Part shown: positions 10,918 to 19,932 of the stretch, piece after piece
Numbering within the stretch: the first letter of the stretch is position 1
Layout of the letters: each line of letters opens with the position of its first letter
NCBI GenBank assembly: GCA_943370055.1
Contig: CALRPN020000001.1
Coordinates: 31,199-63,198, forward strand
DNA length: 32,000 nucleotides
Direction: 5' to 3'
Origin: Archangium gephyra
Lineage (GTDB): Bacteria > Myxococcota > Myxococcia > Myxococcales > Myxococcaceae
Position numbers and translations under genes: made by a program
The notes under the pieces: model-generated
Told to the model about the DNA's origin: nothing
Database searches by the model: none
Seen by the model: the letters and a program-made list of their open reading frames with translations, nothing else

Positions 10918-11442
10918 TCAACCTGGGTCGTCGCCGTCGCTGTTGGCCTCCGTGAGTTGCGCGCGTTGAGACGGCTCGAGCGCCTTGAGCCAGTCGGCGC
11001 CACGCTCGGCGACCGCCCCCTCGAATTTCGCACCGGCGAAGCCGCAGTCAGTGAAGGCCGAACCGCGAAGGTCGGCCCCTCGCAAGTCGGCGTTCGCAAA
11101 GAGACATCGCTCAAAGACTGAACGTCGCAGGTCTGCATTCTGCAGCGACGCGCTCGAGAAGTTCACGTCGATGAAGTCGTTCCAGCACAGCACTGACTCC
11201 GAGAGGTCGCTGTTCTCGAAGGACGCCTGCTCGATGAGAGACTTGCCGAAGAAGGTCCGAGGGATGCTCAGCGCTGAGTAGTCGCCCTCGCACTTCGTCC
11301 GGAAGAACTCGAAGCCCAGTTCCTCGTCCTCGGTGGCCGGTCGCCGGTCGGGAATGAATGGAGTCCCGTCCTTTCGCTTTGGCGGTTGTTCGCCTCGCGC
11401 CTCCAACAACGACCATGTCTCTGCGATCGTCCGTCGGTTCAT
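10918..11442 (-). CDS. Pentapeptide-repeat protein (antisense cargo)
   Basis: About 14 consecutive A(D/N)LxX-type pentapeptides (..ASFENSDLSESVLCWNDFIDVNFSSASLQNADLRRSVFERCLFANADLRGADLRGSAFTDCGFAGAKFEGA..). ATG 11442 (MNRRTIAE..) is chosen because the longer upstream ORF part is Arg/His-rich shadow sequence. Confidence 0.75.
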   Translation of the reverse strand: MNRRTIAETWSLLEARGEQPPKRKDGTPFIPDRRPATEDEELGFEFFRTKCEGDYSALSIPRTFFGKSLIEQASFENSDLSESVLCWNDFIDVNFSSASLQNADLRRSVFERCLFANADLRGADLRGSAFTDCGFAGAKFEGAVAERGADWLKALEPSQRAQLTEANSDGDDPG

Positions 11443-11514
11443 TTGTGGAAGAATAGAGCGGTCGCGAAACACCAACGACCCCGAACTGCACCGAGCTGAG
11501 TCTTTGGGAGCGGC

Positions 11515-12189
11515 GTGGCCCTTCCTCCGCTGACCCGACTTCCTGCGCTTCCGGACCCTCTGACCATGACGCTCCCGGGGGGCGTCACGATGCAGCAGCA
11601 GGACCTCATCAAGGTCATCCAGCCCGCGCTCACGCCGCTGATGCCGGTGTTCAACATCCTCGATGCAGTCATCGCGGTCTTCAACACGGTGAAGGCGATC
11701 CCCGAGTCGCTCGGCCCGCCTCCCGACCCCACGAAGCTCGTGAGCGCCATCGTCGAGATGACGAAGAAGGTCTCGAAGCTGCTCCGCCTCGTGCCGCAAC
11801 TCTCGCTGCCGTACACGATTCTCGGAGTGGTCGACCTCATCCTCGACACGCTTGGGAAGCTGCGCGACCAGCTCGTGTTCCTGGCGCGCTCCGCCCAGCG
11901 CCTTGCGTCGCTCACCCAGCGCGCCGCGGAGCTGAACGACCCTGGCCTCGCTGCGATCGCCGCCTGCGCACGCGCCAACATCGAGCAGGAGGCCGCCAAT
12001 CTCAGCAAAGGCCTCGGCGCGGTGGGGACGCTGCTCGGCATCCTCAGCATCTTCACGTCGATGATCGGCGGTCCGAAGGTGCCCGACATCTCATCCCTGT
12101 CTGGCAAGCCACTCGACGAGGCCGTGAAGCCCCTCGATGACCTCGTGAAAACGCTGCAGCAACTGCGCAGTTCGATCCCGGTGCCCTGA
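11515..12189 (+). CDS. Hypothetical, predicted-helical protein between spike and gpW
   Basis: Its stop TGA shares 1 nt with the gpW ATG, so it belongs to the tail operon. Leu/Ala-rich with Pro-rich ends. The start is uncertain (GTG 11515, ATG 11566 or ATG 11590). No family recognised. Confidence 0.6.
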   Translation: MALPPLTRLPALPDPLTMTLPGGVTMQQQDLIKVIQPALTPLMPVFNILDAVIAVFNTVKAIPESLGPPPDPTKLVSAIVEMTKKVSKLLRLVPQLSLPYTILGVVDLILDTLGKLRDQLVFLARSAQRLASLTQRAAELNDPGLAAIAACARANIEQEAANLSKGLGAVGTLLGILSIFTSMIGGPKVPDISSLSGKPLDEAVKPLDDLVKTLQQLRSSIPVP

Positions 12190-12563
12190 TGGTGGCGCGC
12201 AACCTGCTCACCCCGTTTCGGCGCGACCGCAAGCGAGACCTCGCAACCGGCGAAGGGGACGCGCTGCTCGCGTCGAAGGTGCGCCAAGTGCTGCTCACCG
12301 AGGGGTCAACGCCGAGGTCCTCCGGTGAACTGCCGTGGCGCACGAACTTCGGAGCCAGTCTCAGCCTTCTCCGGCATCGACCAAACGATGCAGTCCTGCG
12401 TGAACTCGCAAGCGTTCAGGCGCGAGACTCGCTGGCACGCTGGCTACCGATGGCTCGACTTGTCAGCTTCACGGCTGAGCCGGACGGGCCAGTCCTCACA
12501 CTCAAAGTAACGGTTGAGCACGGCCCTACTCGTATGGCGTCCGTTAGCGTCGTCCTGACCTAG
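12189..12563 (+). CDS. Baseplate wedge/sheath-initiator protein, GPW/gp25 family
   Basis: 124 aa. ..LLTPFRRD........GDALLASKVRQVLLTEGSTPRSSGELPWRTNFGASL..L.. follows the gp25 pattern (FP... / iL.T..GER...P.FG..l). It lies upstream of gpJ. Confidence 0.8.
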   Translation: MVARNLLTPFRRDRKRDLATGEGDALLASKVRQVLLTEGSTPRSSGELPWRTNFGASLSLLRHRPNDAVLRELASVQARDSLARWLPMARLVSFTAEPDGPVLTLKVTVEHGPTRMASVSVVLT

Positions 12564-13273
12564 TAGGGGGCGCTCTCCCGGTAGCACTCCCTGCACAGCG
12601 GCTTCTTCATGGTCGCGGTGATCTCCTTGCCACAGCCATGGCAGTGGCTGTCTTCGTAGTCTGCGTTCGACCACTTCGCCCAAGCTTTGTAGTCGTCAGC
12701 GCAGTAGGGGCGCTCGGCGTTGAAAGGAATTTGCGCGGCGCATCTGATGCAGAATCCTCCTTCCGCCGACGTCTTCTCGGACTTCTTGGTCGACGGTTTG
12801 CCCGGGGAATCGGCCTTGGGCTTCACCCTCTCTAGGGTCGTTACCGCGACAGTGTCGGCGGTGCGTACAATTCGTCTCGCGTCTTCGTAAATCTCGTTGA
12901 ACAGAACTGGGTCGTCTTGGCGGTTGACGAGAATGCCCATCTCCTCGTTGTTCTGCTGGGAGAAGTCGTAGAGGTTCATTGAACCGATGATCGCTCGGTC
13001 TTCGCTCAGGTAGCACTTCGCGTGGAGGTTCTTGCAGAACCCGAGCTGCAGCGACTTCAGCTCGCGGAGTCGCTCCATCTCGTCGGGCAACAATTCATTC
13101 TTTCCGTAAACGATTCGAAACTCGAGCTTGAGCCGATCGCAGTCGACGAGGAAGGAACGGATTCGGTCGTTGAGCTTGAGGTACGGGCTGATGAGGAAGA
13201 TCCGCTCCTTCGCGGACTTGATGAGTCCCTCCAGCTCTGCGGACAAATATGTGGTCGTCAGGAACTTGGCCAT
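12560..13273 (-). CDS. Single-HKD phospholipase D/Nuc-like nuclease-family protein with C-terminal Cys-rich (Zn-ribbon-like) domain (antisense cargo)
   Basis: HKD motif LHAKCYLSEDRAIIGSMNL (H-x-K-x4-D-x6-G-S-x-N). The C-terminus has CIRC...C...CHGC...CREC. Start ATG 13273 (MAKFLTT..). Hand counts of two 60-nt lines gave about 50-57% G+C, against about 60-63% in two lines of nearby tail genes. Confidence 0.8.
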   Translation of the reverse strand: MAKFLTTTYLSAELEGLIKSAKERIFLISPYLKLNDRIRSFLVDCDRLKLEFRIVYGKNELLPDEMERLRELKSLQLGFCKNLHAKCYLSEDRAIIGSMNLYDFSQQNNEEMGILVNRQDDPVLFNEIYEDARRIVRTADTVAVTTLERVKPKADSPGKPSTKKSEKTSAEGGFCIRCAAQIPFNAERPYCADDYKAWAKWSNADYEDSHCHGCGKEITATMKKPLCRECYRESAPY

Positions 13274-13324
13274 GATGGACGCGACCTCATCACGCCGAGG
13301 ACGTTCGCTCCATGATTGAGAGCG

Positions 13325-14869
13325 ATGGTCCCGACACATGATCGGGGAGTGCTTTGCCAATCGGTGGCCGCGCTCCCTTCATCTGTCGACTTCACCGACA
13401 AGGACTTCGATTCGCTGCGCGCGCGGCTCATCGCGCTGCTGAAGAGCGTCTTCCCTGACTGGACCGACTTCGACGTTGCGAGCTTCGGCAACCTGCTCGT
13501 CGAGATGTTCGCCTTCGTCGGCGACGTGCTGACCTTCTACCAGGACAACCTCGCGCGGGAGTCGCGGCTCGTCACGGCCACGCAGCGCAAGAACGTCATG
13601 GCCCTGGCGAAGATGCTCGGGTACCGACTAATCGGCGCGCAGCCGGCGACGGCCGAGCTCGAGTTTCAACTCGCACTCCCCGCGCAGGCGCCGGTCACCA
13701 TCCCCGCGGGGACCATCATTCGCACGCAGGAGGTGACCGACCCGGTTCGCTTCCAACTGCTCGCTCCGGTGACTGTCGCCGCAGGGGTGATGCAGGCGAC
13801 GGGCATCGGCGAACACTCGACGACCCAGCGCCAACTCTTCGACGCGCAGGGACTCGCCGACCTCTCGCTGCCCCTCGACTTCGGGCCGTACCTCGACGGC
13901 TCCGCGGTCGTGACGACACCACAGGGTTCCTTCACCGAGGTCGACAGCTTCCTCAACTCCGGCCCGAACGACCGGCACTTCGTCGCCACCGTCGACCAGA
14001 ACGACCTCGCGACGCTCCGCTTCGGCAGCGGCGGGAGCGGCCTCCCACCGACCGGCACCATCTCTGTCATGTACAAGACTGGAGGCGGCTCCACGGGCAA
14101 CGTCGACGCCCAGCGCCTCGTGGTGCTCGAGGGGAACTTCCGCGACGCGAACGGCGGGCTCGTTCAACTCTCGGTGCGCAACCCGCGCTCCGCCTCAGGT
14201 GGAGCCGACCGGCAGAGCATCGCCTCGGCGAAGCTGCTCGCTCCCGAGAGTCTGCGCGCGCTCACGCGAACGGTCGCCCGCGAAGACTTCGAGATCAACG
14301 CCCGCCGCCTCACCGGAGTCGCGCGCGCGTTGATGCTCACCTCGAACGAAGACCTCTCCATCGGAGAGAACACCGGAATCCTCTACGTCGTCCCCCGCGG
14401 CGGAGGGCTCCCCACGCCGGCGCTCAAGGCGCAGGTGCTGCGACAGGTGACCGAGGCGTACCCATGCACGCTGACGTTCCAGGTCGCGGTGCAGGACCCG
14501 GTGTACCGGCGCCTCGACATCTCCGCGCGCGTGTTCCTCCGCCAGGGCGCGAGCCCGAACGTGGTGCGCGACGCGATTCGCGCCAACCTCGCCGCGTGGT
14601 TCCGCGTCACGGAGCCCGACGGCACGCCCAACCCGAACGTCGACTTCGGCTTCAACATCAAGGACGTCGAGGGGAACCCCGTCGGTGAAGTCGCATGGAG
14701 CGACGTCTTCAACGTCATCCGCGACACGCCGGGCGTTCGGAAGATGGGCGACGCGCGGCTCGACCTCGCGCTCAACGGGCTACCAGCCGACGTGAAGCTC
14801 AACGTGCGCGAGTTCCCTGTGCTGGGCACGGTGTCGCTCCGCAACGGCGACACCGGGGAGTTGCTCTGA
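13325..14869 (+). CDS. Baseplate J (gpJ/gp6-like) protein
   Basis: ..[70 protein letters not shown].. is the canonical Baseplate_J N-terminus. The start is uncertain (ATG 13325 or GTG 13364). Confidence 0.85.
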   Translation: MVPTHDRGVLCQSVAALPSSVDFTDKDFDSLRARLIALLKSVFPDWTDFDVASFGNLLVEMFAFVGDVLTFYQDNLARESRLVTATQRKNVMALAKMLGYRLIGAQPATAELEFQLALPAQAPVTIPAGTIIRTQEVTDPVRFQLLAPVTVAAGVMQATGIGEHSTTQRQLFDAQGLADLSLPLDFGPYLDGSAVVTTPQGSFTEVDSFLNSGPNDRHFVATVDQNDLATLRFGSGGSGLPPTGTISVMYKTGGGSTGNVDAQRLVVLEGNFRDANGGLVQLSVRNPRSASGGADRQSIASAKLLAPESLRALTRTVAREDFEINARRLTGVARALMLTSNEDLSIGENTGILYVVPRGGGLPTPALKAQVLRQVTEAYPCTLTFQVAVQDPVYRRLDISARVFLRQGASPNVVRDAIRANLAAWFRVTEPDGTPNPNVDFGFNIKDVEGNPVGEVAWSDVFNVIRDTPGVRKMGDARLDLALNGLPADVKLNVREFPVLGTVSLRNGDTGELL

Positions 14870-15327
14870 TGCCGCTCCCCAACCCGACCTTCGCCGACGC
14901 GGGCGCGCTTCCTGGAGAGGCGGCGCGTTGGACCATCACCGCGGTGACGCGCCTCGAAGCCATCGCAGCCTTCGGCGGAGTCGGCCGGGAGGACTTCGAG
15001 CGCTGGAGCGCCTTCTTGGCTTCGCTCGCAGGGCTCACTGTGGTGCGCGCGTTCTTCGGTCGAGACGGGTTCGAGGAGTTCGAGCGTCCGTTCCTCTTCA
15101 TGCTGCCGACGGGCCGTGTGGTGACGTGCTCCTTCAGCGCGCGCGACGTCGAGACCTGGACGCGTCCCTCGTCGTGGCTCGACGACTGGAGCCGTGTCTC
15201 GTCGACGCCAGGACTCACTGAACCGTTCGCGCGGACTGGCTTCGTCGCCGACTGGAGCGGCGTGGGCAGTGCCGCAGCGCCGACCGAGACCTTCTCCGGT
15301 GCGTGGGCACGCGCCGCAACGCTCTGA
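14869..15327 (+). CDS. Hypothetical baseplate-associated protein
   Basis: The ATG shares 1 nt with the gpJ TGA. Repeated acidic-aromatic motifs (EDFERW, EEFERPF, VETW, ETFSGAW). No family recognised. Confidence 0.6.
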   Translation: MPLPNPTFADAGALPGEAARWTITAVTRLEAIAAFGGVGREDFERWSAFLASLAGLTVVRAFFGRDGFEEFERPFLFMLPTGRVVTCSFSARDVETWTRPSSWLDDWSRVSSTPGLTEPFARTGFVADWSGVGSAAAPTETFSGAWARAATL

Positions 15328-15339
15328 CGGGAGGCCCGC

Positions 15340-16035
15340 ATGGCCGAGACGGACTGGACGTACCTCAACAACGGGCTCGACCTCGCGGCGGTGGATCGCG
15401 GCGTGACGGCAGGAATCGCGACGCCACCCGGCGGCGGGAACTTCCTGTTCGGCTTCAACTCCCTCGCGGCCGTGCAAGGAGCGGTCGGCCTGTTCGCGAA
15501 CCTCGCCAGCTTCGCGCCGATGGCGAAGGGCGGTTCGATTCGCGGCTGCCTCCAGCGCGGAGCCGGCGGAGGCCCGACCGGCTTCTCACCGTTCCTCTTC
15601 CTCTGCTGCCAGGGGAACTCGGTCAACGACAGCGCGTACATGCTCGGGCTCTCGGACGATGACCCGCACCGCATCGTGCTCCGCAAGGGAGCCATCGCGG
15701 TGGGGCTGCCAGACGCCGACGGACCGGGCGTGCTGCTCAAGTCTGCGGCGAGCTTCGCGCAGGTGACCTGGGTGCACCTCCGCCTCGACGTCGTCGTGAA
15801 CACGAACGGCGACGTCGTGTTGAAGGTGCTCTCGAATGACCTGGCGGCGCACCCGCTCGGCACGGCTCCCGACTGGCAGCCTGTGGCGGGCATGGTGCAG
15901 TTCATCGACGACCAACTCGGCGTCAACTCGGGCAGTCAGCCGCTCACGTCAGGCCGAGGCGGCTTCGGCATGTCGGTGAAAGACGTCACGCGGCGCGCGT
16001 ACTTCGACCACCTCGAGCTCCTCCGTCAGGTGTGA
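15340..16035 (+). CDS. Hypothetical tail protein, possibly a beta-sandwich/LamG-like fold
   Basis: GGGAGG lies 8 nt upstream of the ATG. The sequence is beta-rich (..VTWVHLRLDVVVNTNGDVVLKVLSND....GGFGMSV..). The fold guess is inference only. Confidence 0.6.
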   Translation: MAETDWTYLNNGLDLAAVDRGVTAGIATPPGGGNFLFGFNSLAAVQGAVGLFANLASFAPMAKGGSIRGCLQRGAGGGPTGFSPFLFLCCQGNSVNDSAYMLGLSDDDPHRIVLRKGAIAVGLPDADGPGVLLKSAASFAQVTWVHLRLDVVVNTNGDVVLKVLSNDLAAHPLGTAPDWQPVAGMVQFIDDQLGVNSGSQPLTSGRGGFGMSVKDVTRRAYFDHLELLRQV

Positions 16036-16038
16036 TGC

Positions 16039-16401
16039 ATGGAGCTGACCGCGTTCACCAGCCGTCTCGGCGAGGGCCAGGGGCGGCTCGGGCCGGGCGT
16101 GTTCGTCCTTGGTGACGATGAGCCAGGCCGGACCTTCGAGCTCGCGCGCGGTGACCACGTCGATGTGACGCAGTTGGTGGACCTGACCGGGGTGACGCTG
16201 GTGCGCACTTCGATGAAGGTGCGAACACCGACACTCTTGCCGCCAGGATTCGCGTGGGAGGTCTCCATCGTCGTCGATGGCGTGAAGTCCGCGGGAGTCA
16301 CCCTCCGCCTAGGGACTAAGCGCTCTCTCGAGGACCTCGCCGCGAACGTGTCGAAGCTGGCAGGACCGCACACGGTCGGCGTTCGCCTCGAGCTCGTCTG
16401 A
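16039..16401 (+). CDS. Hypothetical tail protein
   Basis: Packed 3 nt after the previous stop and 3 nt before the next start. Codon usage looks like the neighbouring tail genes. Confidence 0.55.
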   Translation: MELTAFTSRLGEGQGRLGPGVFVLGDDEPGRTFELARGDHVDVTQLVDLTGVTLVRTSMKVRTPTLLPPGFAWEVSIVVDGVKSAGVTLRLGTKRSLEDLAANVSKLAGPHTVGVRLELV

Positions 16402-16404
16402 ACC

Positions 16405-17718
16405 ATGGCGACTATCGAGCTGCCACGGGTGCAGGTGCAGTCGGTCACGCTCATCACGAGAGTGGCGCGTCCGCTGCTCATCAACCGCGACCCTTCGCCT
16501 GGTGAGGTGGGCGTTCCAATCGATTCGCCGCTCACGCTCGAGCTCGTCGACCCGGGCGCCGCCGGCATCGACACGAGCGCCACACGCATCTGGGTCGACG
16601 GGGTGCGCGCCTTCGATGGTGCGCCGGTGCCGCCGTTCGCTGCGGCGGTCACGCAGTCGTCCGACAGCCTCCGCGTGGTCGTCACGACAGCCACTCCGTT
16701 CGGCAGCCTCGCGCGAGTCACGGTGCGAGTCGCCTCGAGAACGATCGGAGGCGTTCACTCGATCGATGAGACGTACGCCTTCACCGTTGAAGACCGGGTG
16801 GCGCCGCGGCTGGCGAGCGCGCAGGCGATCTCCCAGAAGCAGGTTCGCCTCGTATTCGACGAACTCGTGGAAGCCTCAGCGGCAACGGTCCTCGTGACTC
16901 CCGTCGGCACTCCGGCGGTGCCCGTCAGCGCGGTCGGAGTCGTGAGCCAGGCCAACCGACTGACTGTCGCGCTCGATGTCGAGATGTCTCCCGACGTCGA
17001 GCACGAGGTGCAGGTGGTCGGCGTGACCGACCTCTCGGGGAACGCGGTGCTGCGGCCGTTCGACAAGGCGCGCTTCAAGGGCTTCAGACCTGCGCGGCCG
17101 GCGTCGCGACGGTTCGACCTCTGGCAGATGCTCCCGAAGCACAACCGCCGCGACGACACGACCGGAGATCTTCTTCGATTCATCTCGTGCCTGCAGGAGG
17201 TGACGGACCTCCTGCTCGCCGACCTCGACCGCTGGCCCGACATCTTCGACCTCGAGCGGGCTCCCGAACCGTTCCTCGACCTCATCCTTCAGGACCTGGG
17301 CAACCCGTTCCCGTTCGACCTCGACGTGAGGGGCAAGCGCCGGCTCGCGGCCGTGCTCGTCGAGATGTACCGCCAGAAGGGAACCGCGCAGGGCATCAAG
17401 AACGCGGTGCGCTTCTTCATCGGCATCGACATCGTGGCCATCACCGCGTTCAACGCTGACACGCTCGTGCTCGGCGAGTCACTGCTCGGAGTTGACTGGG
17501 TGCTTGGCCCCTCGGACCGCTTTGCGAAGTACGCGTTCAACGTCGTCGTCGCGCGCATCCTCACGCCGACCGAGCGAAAGCACCTGCGCGCCATCGTCGA
17601 GTACCTGAAGCCGGCGCACACGCACTTCGTCGACCTCGTCGAGCCGTTCCCGCCCATCATCCCCGACCACTGGGAACTGGGCCTCAGCGAGCTGGGTGAG
17701 CGCACCGACCTTCACTGA
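16405..17718 (+). CDS. Tail protein I (P2 gpI-like C-terminal domain) with N-terminal Ig-like domains
   Basis: The C-terminus ..[62 protein letters not shown]......[28 protein letters not shown].. matches the tail_P2_I pattern. The N-terminal ~230 aa resemble Big_5/SbsA-type Ig repeats. Confidence 0.75.
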   Translation: MATIELPRVQVQSVTLITRVARPLLINRDPSPGEVGVPIDSPLTLELVDPGAAGIDTSATRIWVDGVRAFDGAPVPPFAAAVTQSSDSLRVVVTTATPFGSLARVTVRVASRTIGGVHSIDETYAFTVEDRVAPRLASAQAISQKQVRLVFDELVEASAATVLVTPVGTPAVPVSAVGVVSQANRLTVALDVEMSPDVEHEVQVVGVTDLSGNAVLRPFDKARFKGFRPARPASRRFDLWQMLPKHNRRDDTTGDLLRFISCLQEVTDLLLADLDRWPDIFDLERAPEPFLDLILQDLGNPFPFDLDVRGKRRLAAVLVEMYRQKGTAQGIKNAVRFFIGIDIVAITAFNADTLVLGESLLGVDWVLGPSDRFAKYAFNVVVARILTPTERKHLRAIVEYLKPAHTHFVDLVEPFPPIIPDHWELGLSELGERTDLH

Positions 17719-18374
17719 GACCTGACGGCTGCTGCTTGAGACTTGAAGCGCTCAACCTCCTCCGGCGCGATCTTGATCGCCCAGACGGAGTTCCTCGTGT
17801 GCGCGAGTCGGCCGGTCTCACAGAGCTTGTACACGGTTGCCGTTGAGACCCCGAGTGCGGCCGCGACCTGCTTCACCGAGAGATGCGAGTCTGAAGGTGG
17901 CACCATTCGCGATGCCGTTGTCTGTGGCGCCGTCACCGTCACCTGCGGCTGAGGGGACGCGGATGGCTCTCGCGCTTTGAGGGCGGGCAATTGTTGCGGG
18001 ACGCCGGCTCGATGTGCCGGCCCCAACGCGCTACGGATGCGACTGCTCGTTCCTGCGGGCGCTTGCCGAGCGAACTCCCTGATCGCCGGCGGGTCGAATC
18101 GAACAATGGAGCCGAGGCGTACCGTGGGTATCGTTCCGAGTTCGGCCTGCTTGTAGACCCAGCTGACGGAGACGTTGAGGAATGCGGCGGCCTCTCGAAC
18201 AGTCCACATCCTGTCATCGCGGGCGCTGATGTTCTGCGGAGCGCTCGGGTGTTGAGGCTCGGGGGCCGGGGGGGAAACCGCACGAGGAGTCTCGGCGATC
18301 AGGTGCTCGATGACGTCGACCAACGCCTTCACGAGCGCATCGACTTTCTGGTGGCGGATTTCCTTCTGCGACAT
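17712..18374 (-). CDS. DNA-binding protein with two excisionase/MerR-type helix-turn-helix domains
   Basis: Two HTH units are present: [37 protein letters not shown] and [36 protein letters not shown] lies ~7 nt upstream of ATG 18374. The longer 585-aa ORF upstream is shadow sequence. Confidence 0.75.
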   Translation of the reverse strand: MSQKEIRHQKVDALVKALVDVIEHLIAETPRAVSPPAPEPQHPSAPQNISARDDRMWTVREAAAFLNVSVSWVYKQAELGTIPTVRLGSIVRFDPPAIREFARQAPAGTSSRIRSALGPAHRAGVPQQLPALKAREPSASPQPQVTVTAPQTTASRMVPPSDSHLSVKQVAAALGVSTATVYKLCETGRLAHTRNSVWAIKIAPEEVERFKSQAAAVRSQ

Positions 18375-18623
18375 GGGCGACTCCTCGACGGTGTGGTCCC
18401 CAGGAGACACTCGGGCTCGCTTTGCCTCTGCGTGAGCTCTCCCGTTCATTTGCTGCTGGTGTACCGAAACGTCGGGCATGCGAACCAGTTGGGCAGCGCG
18501 ATCGGCCTCGGGGTGAACGCGCTTCACTCCGTCCGTGTGCTTCGCCGTGCGGGCGTCGAGGTGGACGCCACGCCGGCGGCCGAACCACCGGACGTGCACA
18601 AGGCGCTCGCCGCACGGCCGACG

Positions 18624-19484
18624 GTGACTCACTGCGTGCTCGAGGCGCCGTGGGTCAGCCGTGCGCCGATGATCGAACTGCTGCACGCGTTCCCTCACGT
18701 GCACTTCCTCGTGCGGAGCCACTCGCAGATCGCCTTCCTCCAGGTCGAGCCGTCGGCGATTCAACTGCTCCGCGAACTCCTGGTTCTTCAGGAGAACTTC
18801 CTCAACCTCACCGTCGCGGCCAACAGCCTCGAGCTGAAGCACTTCTTCGAGACCGCGTACGGCGGCCACACGCTCTACCTCCCGAACCTCTACGACGTCG
18901 AGCGCGTGCACCGTCGCCGCGGCCGCGAGCACGCTCATCGGCTCCTCCGGATCGGCAGCTTCGGCGCGCTCCGGCTGCTGAAGAACCACACGACGGCCGC
19001 CGCCGCGGCGCTCATGCTTGCGCGCAAGCGCGACTGCGACCTGGAGTTCTCGGTGTCGGTCGAGAACGACACGATGGGCGGAGGCGCGGTGCTCGACGCG
19101 CTTCGGAAGATGTTCACCGGCCTCCGCTGGGCGCGGCTCGTCGAGCACCCGTGGCAGGACTGGGCCACCTTCCGGCGAACCGTCAGCGGAATGGACCTCT
19201 GCCTCCAGGTCTCGATGACCGAGACCTTCAACGTCACGACGGCCGACGCGGTCGCAGAAGGAGTCCCCTCGGTGGTGAGCCCCAGCATCGAGTGGGCGCC
19301 CGACTACTGGAAGGCCGACCCCGACCGCCTCGACGACATCGTGCGCATCGGCGGCGCGCTGCTCTCGTGCCCCGACGCCGCTGAGGACGGGCTGGCCGCG
19401 CTGTCGTGCTTCACCGGGGACGCGGTGCGCCGGTGGCTCGAGTACCTGGCCGGGCCTCCTGCGCGACACGTCCGGGCCGCATAG
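18624..19484 (+). CDS. Glycosyltransferase (GT-B, GT1/GT4-like C-terminal domain); start uncertain
   Basis: ..LRIGSFGALRLLKNH..AAAAALMLA.. and ..LQVSMTETFNVTTADAVAEGVPSVVS.. fit the GT4 Rossmann/E-x7-E region. In-frame start candidates are GTG 18561, 18594, 18624 and ATG 18669. The N-terminal domain looks short. Confidence 0.6.
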   Translation: MTHCVLEAPWVSRAPMIELLHAFPHVHFLVRSHSQIAFLQVEPSAIQLLRELLVLQENFLNLTVAANSLELKHFFETAYGGHTLYLPNLYDVERVHRRRGREHAHRLLRIGSFGALRLLKNHTTAAAAALMLARKRDCDLEFSVSVENDTMGGGAVLDALRKMFTGLRWARLVEHPWQDWATFRRTVSGMDLCLQVSMTETFNVTTADAVAEGVPSVVSPSIEWAPDYWKADPDRLDDIVRIGGALLSCPDAAEDGLAALSCFTGDAVRRWLEYLAGPPARHVRAA

Positions 19485-19932
19485 CGGTGTTGTCAGTCAG
19501 TCTCCCCACCTTGCGGCGTCGGTGGTGTTGGTTATGATTGCGAACATGAGCCGCGCAGAACATTGCCGCCGACATTGCTGCAGCTGATTCGCCGCTCCAC
19601 CACTACTGTATCGTTCGCAGTGACGTTCCCCTTGGCGTTCAGCTCGCACAGCTGATCCACGCCGCTGGGGAGTCTTCGCCCGGCAGTCTCCCGCCAGCGA
19701 CCCGCGCGGTCGCACTTCACGCCGACTCCGAAGCGGAGTTGCTGCGTCTCGAAGCGCTCCTCGCCGGCGCTGCGGTCTCCTTCATCTCCATTCGAGAACC
19801 CGATCCGCCCTGGAGTGGCGCGTTGATGGCCATTGGCCTCCGCCCACTTCGGCGGTCCCCCGAGCTCCGCAGGTTGCTTTCACGCCTGCGGTTGGCCGGA
19901 CCGTCCCTCAACCACACCACAGGAGAACCACG

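Noticed and set aside
17991-18623. N-terminal extension of the glycosyltransferase ORF (497-aa version)
   Set aside because: It would overlap the whole HTH gene on the other strand, and its sequence is low-complexity and Arg-rich. The real start is placed after 18374, but it is still uncertain.
18375-19469. Upstream 365 codons of the 585-aa minus-strand ORF 17712..19469
   Set aside because: Only the last 220 codons carry HTH motifs and a good RBS (ATG 18374). The rest lies opposite the glycosyltransferase and is Arg/His/Glu-rich shadow sequence.
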